This document shows, piece after piece, positions 10,333-19,379 of a DNA stretch of 64,000 nucleotides (position 1 is its first letter; every line of letters starts with the position of its first letter). Origin of the DNA: a virus; the IMG/VR virus record IMGVR_UViG_3300042402_003259, positions 1 through 64,000 of that record, one strand, 5' to 3'. The notes under the pieces were generated by a model. That model saw only the letters and a list, made by a program, of their open reading frames with translations. It was not told the DNA's origin and made no database searches. The translations under genes were made by a program, and so were the position numbers.

Positions 10333-12117
10333 TTCTTATAATGTATAGTGTTCGTGCAATTGCCTTTATGAGTTAGATTCCATCCATGACCATTATATTG
10401 CTGTATATATTGGCAGTTATCTATTACTTTTATAGTATTATTCCTCTTTCCAATAAGGATCCAAGAATAAATAATTAAACCAATAATCACAACAAATATT
10501 GCGCCCCAAACTATATCTTCTGTATGTCTGTATCTCATATTAATGAACTGTCATTTCTACAACATATTTACGGGCAAGATTATCTAGCGAAGTTGAATCC
10601 ATGCTCTTAAAATAATGATCAGGATAACATTCTTTTATCATAAAATCAAGTGCTTTGCGCTCAGTATCGAAAATAGCATCAACGCCTCCATCTCTATCAC
10701 TATTATTATAAACAAGATAAACTGTCATATTATTTAAATCTTTTTAATATCTTTAGGATGAACTGCTGTCCACTTGTCGAAGCGATCAGCATTATACTTT
10801 TCGATGGGAATGTCAAGAGCAGAATCCCAACCGCTGCCATCTTTTCCTACCCACACGATTTTACATTGATTATCGCCTTGATAAAGAATTCCATTATTAA
10901 ATTTAAATCCGTCTGATCTATAATCGTAATGATCGAATACAAGATAACCTTTCTTGATAAGGCGATTAATTTTTGCCGCCTTCTTCAAGATGTTAAGATA
11001 TCGGGCTTTACGCAATTTATTCATGATTATTTAAATTCCCCAATTGAAACATACTCCACAATAGCAATATTCACTCCACCAAATCTATCATCGGCTTGCT
11101 CAATCCAATAAACAGCAACAACTGGAAAAATAAGATCATTAATCCAATTTTCCAATTTCATATTTTCTGGAGTTGTCTTTGGGATTACAGAGCCATCTTC
11201 ATTGATATTTTCTCCATTGTCGTTTGTATCCCAACAATCATAACTAATATCCACTCCCAAAGCATCATCAACTTTATAATGCTCATGGAGAATGCTGATA
11301 TCGTAAGCCCATTGGCGATATTCTTGGATGTTTTTTAGGAGTTTTTTAGTCATATTATTTATTCCACTACACCATCATTAAAGTGACCAATGTATAACAC
11401 GCATCCTACACTCCGATTATCCGCGTAATTGTACGCGAACATTAAATCATAACCCAATAAATAATTTTTACAAATCAGATCAATAAAATTATACTCTTTC
11501 GGAGAGTTAATGCCTAACTCTGTCCTTGCGGGGCGCAATATCTCAGGATGATCCGGTTTAACTTGATTTAAAGCATATTTGAATTCAATAGGAATTTTTG
11601 TTTTGCTCTTCCAATGTTCGCCAATGATATTTATTTGTGTACTCATATATTATTTATTCCATTTGAAAGTCACAACACCATTAGTATCTACTTCATAATG
11701 CGCCGCACCATGAGAGATTGCTTCTTTTCGCATCTTTTGTTCTATTTGTCTAGGATTAATGTTTAAAAAAGTTAAAATCAAGCACAAAGAAAAAATGCCG
11801 AATAAAGCACCAATAAAAAAGAGAGGGATTTCTTCTTTCATATATTATTCCTCAACAGTGATTTCATCATCTTCTAAAAAGAAAAACCAATCATCAAACT
11901 CATCAAATTTTACTGAAATGCCACAGTCACGATAACCACAATCAGAGATCACAACTTCTTTTATTATTTTTCCTGTTATGTCTGCGACTTTTACATCTGT
12001 ATCTTCATTATAGATATTACAAAGAAACTCTTCTGTTTTTTTAAATTGAGAACCAATGAACTTCTTGCCAACAAAGGCGTTTTTAATAAGGTCTTCGGCG
12101 GATTGTTTAATTGTCAT
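10329..12117 (-). other. array of small hypothetical CDSs (10329-10538, 10540-10728, 10734-11024, 11027-11353, 11359-11646, 11650-11841, 11845-12117)
   Basis: Contiguous ORFs separated by a few nt; two have an N-terminal TM segment. Confidence 0.7.
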
Positions 12118-12118
12118 A

Positions 12119-12514
12119 TTAAATATAATTATGAAACTCTTCTGGCAAGATTACGTTTTCAAATACTCCTGTTGTTTTAACTGTTTTGAAAAGAGGAGCA
12201 ATGTCTGAGATAGGTATTGCCGCAAGTCCTGTCCCGATTTTTGTAACAAGAAACTCATACTCAGGGTGAGAGAATGCCGTTGCGAGGAAATCATTAACAT
12301 GAACTTGGATTTTGTCAAGGGGCAAGGTTTGAATTTTCTTGTCTTTTGTGGGGATGCCGTAGGTCTGACCTACCAAGCCAGCCATACCATGCCTTGCGCC
12401 CCAACGCAAGGCTAATTTTGCGGCTCCTGCACCATGCCTAAATAATTCGTTTGCTCCGTAGCAAAAGATTTGATTTGGTTCTAAATGAGTAATATTTTCT
12501 GGAGTAAATTTCAT
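12119..12514 (-). CDS. macrodomain-like phage protein (A1S_2505-type)
   Basis: TPENIT.L.PNQIF..G.N...RHGAGAA...GQTYGIPT...FLVTKIGTGLA. Confidence 0.75.
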   Translation of the reverse strand: MKFTPENITHLEPNQIFCYGANELFRHGAGAAKLALRWGARHGMAGLVGQTYGIPTKDKKIQTLPLDKIQVHVNDFLATAFSHPEYEFLVTKIGTGLAAIPISDIAPLFKTVKTTGVFENVILPEEFHNYI

Positions 12515-12518
12515 ATTA

Positions 12519-12552
12519 TTTAATCTATAAATCCATTTAATCTATAAATCCA
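12519..12552. repeat. 17-bp tandem duplication (tttaatctataaatcca x2)
   Basis: Direct reading; duplicates the end of the upstream gene. Confidence 0.85.
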
Positions 12553-14029
12553 TATAATTGTTTATTTTTCCACGTTTCAAGATTTTTGACTTGATTTTCG
12601 AGGTTATCAACTGACTTGCGCGAACATACATCATACAAGGCCCAGTTGTCAATACCTTGTTTCTTGAAATAATTTCCAAGAAGCAGGGCTGCGTCCTTGA
12701 CTTCTTGAGGAATTTCTCTCCACAAATTAGGATCTGGACTCATATTTTTCTTTAATTTTTTTTGCATCATATCCATGTTTGGCTAAAGCAGCATAAATAT
12801 CTGGATTATTTCTTGCTTGTAAATGCTCAAATAGTTGATAACCATATTTAATATCCCACATCATGTCAAAATAACTTGGCAATCTTTCTTGAGAATCTAC
12901 TTCTTTTAGTGAAGGCAGGTTCTTAATGAAAGAGTTAAATGATTGTTTATTCTTTTTCATTTTGATAATTAAATAAAATCAACTTCACCTTATTCACTTT
13001 AATACCACATCTTTTTGCAATCTTATGATATGCCATATTATGCTCAAGTCTAAGATGCAATACGTTCATCATTATGATTAAGTCTTGTGCGTCTTTGGCT
13101 TTGTTATAAGCTCCACTAGCATGGGAATAAAGATTAGAGAGTGCTACTACGTCCATATTAATTGTAAGGTTATATTATTTTTATCCTTCTTTGTTCATTT
13201 CTTTCAATTTCTTGGCCAAATCAAACAAATAATCAATCTCAATAAAATTACCACTAGCGACACAATGTTCACTGAATGTTTTTTTGTCAAGTATGTAGCA
13301 CAAGGCTTTAATGTTGTGGCTTAAGGTTACAATTTTTAATTTATTTTCGTCTGTCATTTTCATATTAATCTTTCTTCTCCATCTTCTTCACTTCTGTATC
13401 AGTAAAAAAACAACTATCTCCTTTATCATCTACAAAAAACTCAAACTCACAATCTTTAACTATGCGCCGAGTTCCAGTGTATGTTACTTCATATTTTCTA
13501 CCAACGATGTCAGTGTGGGTAAATTTATCGCCTTTTTTCATATTATTTATTATTGCCATTTCCAAACTAATTTAGGAGTTATTTTTTCCATGCAAGACTT
13601 CTTAAAAGTTAAATACTCTTCGGACATTAGATAGTCTTTGTTGTTGAGGTTATTGGCAATACTTTTAGGAACAAGTCCATGATATTTTTTAGCGTTAAAA
13701 TAAAAAGCGTTACCAGAATATGTAATCCCAGAAACTCTTTTCTTATTCAGGAAACCTTCTTTAGTAAGAGAATGCCAGCGGCTTCTTGGCTTGTAAACGA
13801 AAACAACATCCTCATCCCAATAAAGAGGCTCAACTTTAAAAATTGAGTCTTTAAACTCCCCAAGGTTATTTGAATCTTCATGGATATCCATTAGACCGCA
13901 ACAAACAATTGATCCGTCTCGACTATTACAATAATCAGAATAATTGCCTGTCTTATATCCTGCAAGGCCAAGCTGCTCTAATTTTTTCATATTATTCGTC
14001 GTTCTTAAGCTTCTTGACTTCATCAGCAA
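12537..14029 (-). other. small hypothetical CDSs (12537-~12743, 12727-12960, 12947-13156, 13181-13363, 13365-~13540, 13550-~13990)
   Basis: Co-oriented, coupled ORFs. Confidence 0.6.
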
Positions 14030-14151
14030 GTAATTCTATCGCTTCAATCATTAAATTTAATGTTTTGCGAGTTGGTGCGTCAATATCGTGAGAAGAAATA
14101 TAACCCAAAATGTTTTCTGCTTGCTTGATTTTTTTATCGAAATTTTCCATA

Positions 14152-14484
14152 TTATTCTTCTACTTTTTCGTAAGTTGCGTGAAAGATATCAGGTTTGCAA
14201 GGATAATGTTCTCCTTTGACACCAGTGATAATATAATCACCGGGGCAAACAATATGCCCACCTTCTAAAGTATCAATCCAACCATGCCAGCGCATCTTAC
14301 AGCCACAATGATTGCATTGATGATCTCCGTTGAAGTAAGATCGCCTGAAATATCCTACAATCTTTCCTTGTTTTGGTGCTACTCCTGTATCTTCAGATGG
14401 TGTATAAACATCATCTTCTGGATGATCTCCATTCTTAAACCATTGCGTTGCTTCGATAACTACAGGCTTTTTTCTGTATTTCAT
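14152..14484 (-). CDS. PGDYG-like conserved phage protein
   Basis: MKYRKKPVVIEA.QW...TLEG...PGDYIITGVKGEHYPCKPDIF. Confidence 0.85.
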   Translation of the reverse strand: MKYRKKPVVIEATQWFKNGDHPEDDVYTPSEDTGVAPKQGKIVGYFRRSYFNGDHQCNHCGCKMRWHGWIDTLEGGHIVCPGDYIITGVKGEHYPCKPDIFHATYEKVEE

Positions 14485-14644
14485 AATTAATTAATAAAAG
14501 GCTCTCCATCATTCATAATATGAAACTCATCAAAATCAAAATCCCAAATACTCATGCGACATTTATCACAAACAGAAATAGTGTCGCCGCTCCAAGGAAC
14601 GGCGCACTCTTCTAGTTTTGCTTCTTTTTTGACCTTTAAGCAAG

Positions 14645-15205
14645 TCATATCTTCAGCTTTTCAGGAACAAAAGTCCCATTGTTTTCTACAATATTCTCCA
14701 TGATCAACTGGAGACGCTTTTTGTCAGATGAATTTTTATTATAAAATACTTCAATACGATCATCTTCATCATAATCTCGAAAGAATCCGCCATTTGCTTC
14801 AAAATAAGATTCGATCAATTTTAGTTGATTGGTGCTGAATATTTCATTTAGTTTATTAGATAGTTGTTCTTCTTCAATTAAATTTCCCAATCCTTCTGAA
14901 GCATCATCAAGATCTTCAAGTAAAGTATTATTATTGAAATTTGTGCAACTCATAAAGAGTCCCCCAAGAGCGCACACATTGCAAGATTCGATTTTCTTTT
15001 CTACGAATAACTCTTGAACAGAGTCAGTCTCTGCCACAGTAGTAGGATTGTAATGTATTCGCACCCAACATCCACTCTCAGCAACATATCTCTTAGCCTT
15101 GAGTTGGGCAAGGACATCTTGAGCAATCATTACTCTTTTTTGAGCTTTGGTTGCTTTTTTAAATTCTGCGTTCAATTTATTAATTTTATTCATAATTAAA
15201 TCCAC
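14645..15205 (-). CDS. hypothetical protein
   Basis: 186-aa ORF with CxxCALG motif. Confidence 0.7.
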   Translation of the reverse strand: MDLIMNKINKLNAEFKKATKAQKRVMIAQDVLAQLKAKRYVAESGCWVRIHYNPTTVAETDSVQELFVEKKIESCNVCALGGLFMSCTNFNNNTLLEDLDDASEGLGNLIEEEQLSNKLNEIFSTNQLKLIESYFEANGGFFRDYDEDDRIEVFYNKNSSDKKRLQLIMENIVENNGTFVPEKLKI

Positions 15206-15543
15206 TTTCTATGCTCTTCGTGAACTTCTTCGACCCCATTATAATCTTCAATATACCATTTGATACCATCAGGCACTTCAACAATCTTCAGTTTGGTATA
15301 ACGAGCATTTGCTAAATCGCCAAGCTGTTCGACAACTTCAATAAGAATTGGATCAGTTCTTTCGATGTCCCATTCGGCAAATCCACTTCCCGGCTTCTCT
15401 TCATTTAGATAGTAATGGTATAGGTCTTTAATCACTTCATCTTGTTTAGCTATGATGTTAAGACCTTTCTTCTCACCATACAAGAGAACAGCTTCTTTGC
15501 TAAGATGAAAGCCGCCGTGTTTTTTATTGATTACTATTTTCAT
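15196..15543 (-). CDS. conserved phage hypothetical protein, paralog of 24228-24521
   Basis: KIVIN..HGGF.LS...R.DP.L.EVVE.LG..AN..YT.LKI.E.P. Confidence 0.8.
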   Translation of the reverse strand: MKIVINKKHGGFHLSKEAVLLYGEKKGLNIIAKQDEVIKDLYHYYLNEEKPGSGFAEWDIERTDPILIEVVEQLGDLANARYTKLKIVEVPDGIKWYIEDYNGVEEVHEEHRKWI

Positions 15544-15914
15544 ATCTTTTTAATGCTAACGCTTTCACTATAATAACCATTTGATTCGCCAAGAAACCAA
15601 AACTCTAAACTGGCGTTTTTAGTTTTTAAAGCGTATTTAGTCCAAGTGTGGCTGTAAAGTCTATCGTATTCAGTATACCAATCAGGATCATTTGCGCCAG
15701 CATCTTCTTCAGCAAAGATTATTTCTTCATTGAGAATATCTTTCTCGTCTCCAATAACATTTTCGACGAAAACGCTTTCGCAGCAATCTTGATGATGATA
15801 TAATTTATAAGTTGTTTGATTGGTTACAATATGTACTTCTGGACTGTCTTTTTCTAAACCAGTTATTTCTTTAACGATCTGGCCCTTTAATTCGAAAAAA
15901 TTTGCATCACTCAT
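15540..15914 (-). CDS. conserved phage hypothetical protein
   Basis: YHHQDCCESV...W.GESNGYYSE family motifs; start moved to ATG after the promoter. Confidence 0.8.
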   Translation of the reverse strand: MSDANFFELKGQIVKEITGLEKDSPEVHIVTNQTTYKLYHHQDCCESVFVENVIGDEKDILNEEIIFAEEDAGANDPDWYTEYDRLYSHTWTKYALKTKNASLEFWFLGESNGYYSESVSIKKI

Positions 15915-15984
15915 AATCGTGCGAACATGATGGCAGAAAAATTTCCCCTTGTCAAGCGGCATTTTTCGGTGTAAGAAAATATGT

Positions 15985-16878
15985 ATGACAACCTTACAGC
16001 AGCTAGTCGCAGATCACGCAATTTTAATCCAAAAAATAATTGCAGAAGCTAAAAACGAAGCTTTAAATGATGCGCCCAAACCAAAATCTATAACCACAAA
16101 TAAATTAGATCTATTTTCTCATATCTCTTCTAACTTCGATAATTTAATTAAGGATAGAAAAGAAAAAAATCTCATATCTAGCTTCACTATGACTCCTATA
16201 AAATGGACAAGAAATATTAATTGCTGGGCTAAAGATTTAGATTTGACTGGCACTTCATGTGGTATTTGGGGTTTAGGTGGGGTGGGCGGTGGTACATTGA
16301 TAACTAAAAAACATGTTTTATTAGCTAATCATGTTCCATACCCATCTTTACCAGCAACTATTTATTTTGTAGATAAAAATAATAATTCTTACGAATATAA
16401 AATTATTAAAACAAAACAAGTCGCCAATACCGATATATTAATTGGTGAACTTGATAGAGAAGCTGATGCTTCATTAAAGATATACAAAGCATTACCAACC
16501 AATTATCTTAAATATCTTAATAAGGAGATTAATTTTCCTATTTTATATTCTGATCAAGAAAAAAAAGCATTAATAGGGGAAAATGGTCTTCTCAATACTA
16601 CTTACGGGTCAACAAATACATTAATAAATATTTCCAAAGACTCTAACAGAGCGCAATATTTTGAACCTTTGATAGTTGGAGATAGCGGCAATATTGTTTC
16701 TACTATTATTAATAATGAAGTTGTATTGATCGGCGGCTGGTATATGACACTTGGAGCTATGGCTGGCTTGGCAACAAATATTCCTAGTTATATAAATGAA
16801 GTAAATAATACAATATCTTCATTAAGTAGTGGATATAAAATTAATGAAGTAGACTTGAGTGGATTTAAAATGTATTGA
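15985..16878 (+). CDS. trypsin-like serine protease
   Basis: GGTLIT..HVLLANH (His), TDI (Asp), GDSG (Ser) catalytic triad motifs. Confidence 0.8.
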   Translation: MTTLQQLVADHAILIQKIIAEAKNEALNDAPKPKSITTNKLDLFSHISSNFDNLIKDRKEKNLISSFTMTPIKWTRNINCWAKDLDLTGTSCGIWGLGGVGGGTLITKKHVLLANHVPYPSLPATIYFVDKNNNSYEYKIIKTKQVANTDILIGELDREADASLKIYKALPTNYLKYLNKEINFPILYSDQEKKALIGENGLLNTTYGSTNTLINISKDSNRAQYFEPLIVGDSGNIVSTIINNEVVLIGGWYMTLGAMAGLATNIPSYINEVNNTISSLSSGYKINEVDLSGFKMY

Positions 16879-16881
16879 AAA

Positions 16882-16967
16882 TGGTGGGAGCAGATAGATT
16901 CGAACTATCGTAGGCGTGAGCCGGGACATTTACAGTGTCCTGCAATTGACCACTATGCGATACTCCC
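16882..16967 (-). tRNA. tRNA-Tyr(GUA)
   Basis: Cloverleaf GGGAGTA/TGCTCCC, anticodon loop CTGTAAA, long variable arm, CCA. Confidence 0.95.
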
Positions 16968-17022
16968 AAAAATAATTATTGAATTCCTAGTTCATTTGGA
17001 TAAAATAAGTGTAATTATCAAT

Positions 17023-17544
17023 ATGAACTACGATACTATCAATTCTTTAGTAGCTAAAGGACTTTCTATTAGAAAGATCTCAACTGAATTAAAAACTAGT
17101 CCTACAAATATTAGATACTGGCTTAAGAAATTCAATATTAAAACTATACCTCGCTCAGAAGTTTCTGATTATAGATATTGTCCACGATGTGAAACAGAAA
17201 AATTAAAGACTGAATTTTATAATCGCCGCAATGGTGTTGGTAATTCTGTTTACTGTAAGCCATGCACTCATACTCAAACTCTTGAAAGACAAAGAGATTT
17301 TAAACAAAAGTGCGTTGATTATAAAGGCGGACAATGCGTTTGTTGTGGTTATAAAAAAACAAATAACGCTTTAGAATTTCATCACTTAGATCCTTTAGAA
17401 AAAGATTTTTGTATTTCTTCAGTAAGATTTACTAAATTTGATGATAGAGTTACAAAAGAATTAAATAAGTGCGCTTTAGTTTGTAGAAACTGTCACGCTG
17501 AAATACACGCTGGAGTTATTGATTTATTACCTTATAAAATATAA
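17023..17544 (+). CDS. HNH endonuclease with N-terminal HTH (free-standing, within the tRNA island)
   Basis: GLSIRKIS..L HTH; CxxC; GG.C..CGY...ALEFHHLDP...LVCRNCHAEIH. Confidence 0.88.
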   Translation: MNYDTINSLVAKGLSIRKISTELKTSPTNIRYWLKKFNIKTIPRSEVSDYRYCPRCETEKLKTEFYNRRNGVGNSVYCKPCTHTQTLERQRDFKQKCVDYKGGQCVCCGYKKTNNALEFHHLDPLEKDFCISSVRFTKFDDRVTKELNKCALVCRNCHAEIHAGVIDLLPYKI

Positions 17545-17546
17545 AG

Positions 17547-17621
17547 TGGCTGATAGGGTTGGAATCGAACCAACATCGCCAAAATTAACAGTTTTGTGAA
17601 TTACCATTATTCTACCTATCA
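17547..17621 (-). tRNA. tRNA-Asn(GUU)
   Basis: TGATAGG/CCTATCA stem, loop CTGTTAA, TTCGA, CCA. Confidence 0.93.
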
Positions 17622-17630
17622 GTTTTAAAG

Positions 17631-17709
17631 TGGCGTTCCCGACAGGATTCGAACCTGTGACCGAAAGCTTAGAAGGCTTTTGCTCTAAATCCAACTGAGC
17701 TACGGGAAC
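17631..17709 (-). tRNA. tRNA-Arg(UCU)
   Basis: GTTCCCG/CGGGAAC, loop CTTCTAA, CCA. Confidence 0.95.
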
Positions 17710-17757
17710 GTAAAATCTACAACTATCTTATACACTAATATAGTATTGTCAAATTAA

Positions 17758-18355
17758 ATCCCACTAGAAGTAAGTCTTTTTATAGAACGGGGCATGAAGC
17801 CCATTGTCCTTCTAATGAGAAATATATTCGATGTTGGTTTACGGGAAAACCTTCAGAGCTTATTATAATCTATAACACGATATCTTGCATAGATCAACCC
17901 ACCCACTCTCCACGACTACGCCGCTTGCAATCGGCGTATCTTTTTTCAGCATCGTGAGTCTGCTGACATCGAATAAAATTATTGCCCATTGTTGACTCAG
18001 TGTAAAGCGACTCAAAACAAGATCGCTTGGGCGCACTGTATGTTTTTTGCAGATCAGGTCGTTCAGTTGCTTGATGTGTTCCCAACTAGATATCGGCTTC
18101 AATCAATCCAAATAGTTCGAAAAGCACTATTTTTTTAATTTGATCTCTGCCCCAATTTGTACCAGATCCTTTCCGAGAGGCTTTTCACTGGCTACCCCAA
18201 ACTACGTCTTATGTAGACGACTGCCCTCATTGCTGCAAAATTGTATTGCGGCTTGGGTAATTACTCCCAAACCGCAATTTTTCCTCATCTGCCGTCCATA
18301 ACACGGATTTACCAAGTCCTGTTAACATGGGTTTGCTCTTGGAAGCTGGATGCAT
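17758..18355 (-). ncRNA. large (~600 nt) structured ncRNA, possibly GOLLD/ROOL-like
   Basis: GC-richer, no credible ORF, many hairpins and long-range helices with G-U pairs favouring the minus strand; lies between tRNAs after a GTTCTTTT leader; boundaries approximate. Confidence 0.7.
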
Positions 18356-18387
18356 CTTATTGGAAAAATTTTATAAAAGAACAAAAA

Positions 18388-18856
18388 TGGTGGCGCGAAA
18401 GGGACTTGAACCCTTACGGTATCTCTACCAGCGGATTTTACCTGCCACTATAGTTTTCACTACCAGATTTCTCTGTTTGTGGTCTGGACTATGCCTTTAT
18501 CATATTAATCCGAAGAGCTTTCGTTTAGCTCATTTACAAAGGTAACATCTCCCATTTAAGGGCATTCACCCCGAATTAATTTAGATAGGTGATTATAGTC
18601 TCTACAGCTTCTAATATCTGTCCTTTTTATGAACTTCAATTAGCTTGCCTCGGCGTTGGGTTGTCTCTTGACTAGAAGGTTTCGACTTTTATTAATGTGA
18701 GTTTGAAACCTACAAATATCTGACTTCTCACTACCGCACTAGTGCTGCTTTTCATCAAGAAACGAGCCGTTCACCGAATTTACACCATACTCATACACAA
18801 TTTCTCATGTATGGACCCTTAAGAGTCCGCTATGTCTGCCATTTCATCATCGCGCC
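18388..18856 (-). tRNA. tRNA-Leu(UAA) interrupted by a group I intron (exons 18856-18824 and 18440-18388)
   Basis: Spliced: GGCGCGA...GCGGA CT|TAAAA TCCGC...TTCAAGT...TCGCGCC A CCA. Confidence 0.93.
18441..18823 (-). mobile_element. group I intron (383 nt, ORF-less) at tRNA-Leu position 33/34
   Basis: P1 GGACU/GGUCC with U33-G; P AAATTCGGTGAA; Q AACGCCGAG; R GTAGAGACTATA; S AAGGCATAGTCC; terminal G. Confidence 0.93.
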
Positions 18857-18860
18857 AAAA

Positions 18861-18905
18861 TTTAAAGAACACGCACAATCTACTAGAGATTGCGGCCCCT
18901 GTCAA
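18861..18905 (-). promoter_or_regulatory. sigma70-like promoter followed by a boxA-like GTTCTTTAAA leader
   Basis: TTGACA-N17-TAGATT-N6-GTTCTTTAAA-tRNA-Leu; same arrangement at 19966-20010 and 20096-20139. Confidence 0.75.
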
Positions 18906-18916
18906 GGGGAAAAATT

Positions 18917-18991
18917 TGGCAGTCCATAAGAGAATCGAACTCTTGTTAATAGGTTGAAAACCTACTGTCCTAACCACTAGACGAATGGACC
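18917..18991 (-). tRNA. tRNA-Glu(UUC)
   Basis: GGTCCAT/ATGGACT, loop TTTTCAA, TTCGA, CCA. Confidence 0.92.
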
Positions 18992-18995
18992 GTTT

Positions 18996-19071
18996 TGGTA
19001 GTCCCGGTGGGATTTTCGCCCACAGTCAATCCCTTATAAAGAGAACGCTTTTGATGTTAAGCTACGGGACC
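18996..19071 (-). tRNA. tRNA-Ile(UAU), non-canonical D and T loops
   Basis: GGTCCCG/CGGGACT, loop TTTATAA, T loop CGAAAAT, D loop without GG, CCA. Confidence 0.8.
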
Positions 19072-19095
19072 ACTAAAAATACGCAATAGCCTCTG

Positions 19096-19168
19096 TGGGC
19101 CGTGCTGGACTTGAACCAGCAACCGACGAATTATGAGTTCGCTGCACAAACCATTATGCTAACGGCCC
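19096..19168 (-). tRNA. tRNA-CAU, probably Ile2 (lysidine type); no encoded CCA
   Basis: GGGCCGT/ACGGCCC, loop CTCATAA; GGGCC acceptor typical of Ile2. Confidence 0.85.
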
Positions 19169-19206
19169 ATAGAAACTACTACATATTAAATTTTAAAGAA
19201 CGAAAA

Positions 19207-19356
19207 GAGTAAAGTATAATTCCAATTATGTTTCAGAATATATTACCGAATGACAAACATATTCTTACTCTTTACTCAAATTAAATAAGCAGCGGGAAAC
19301 GTATTTCCATCTATCATAAATAACACACATTATAATGATAGTGACTTCACTGCTTA
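19207..19356 (-). ncRNA. two adjacent ~70-nt three-way-junction elements (19207-19277; 19286-19356)
   Basis: Closing stems GAGTAAAG/CTTTACTC and TAAGCAGTG/CGCTGCTTA, each enclosing one long and one short hairpin. Confidence 0.45.
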
Positions 19357-19379
19357 AAATTTAAAAGAACTGAAAAAAA

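Noticed and set aside
17758-18355. tmRNA or RNase P RNA
   Set aside because: No tRNA-Ala-like ends or tag ORF; GAGGAAA is not followed by GUCC and there is no matching 3' P4 strand
17863-18545. ORFs 17863-18102, 17894-18085, 18241-18453, 18327-18545
   Set aside because: They overlap the structured RNA, tRNA-Leu and its intron; no protein motifs
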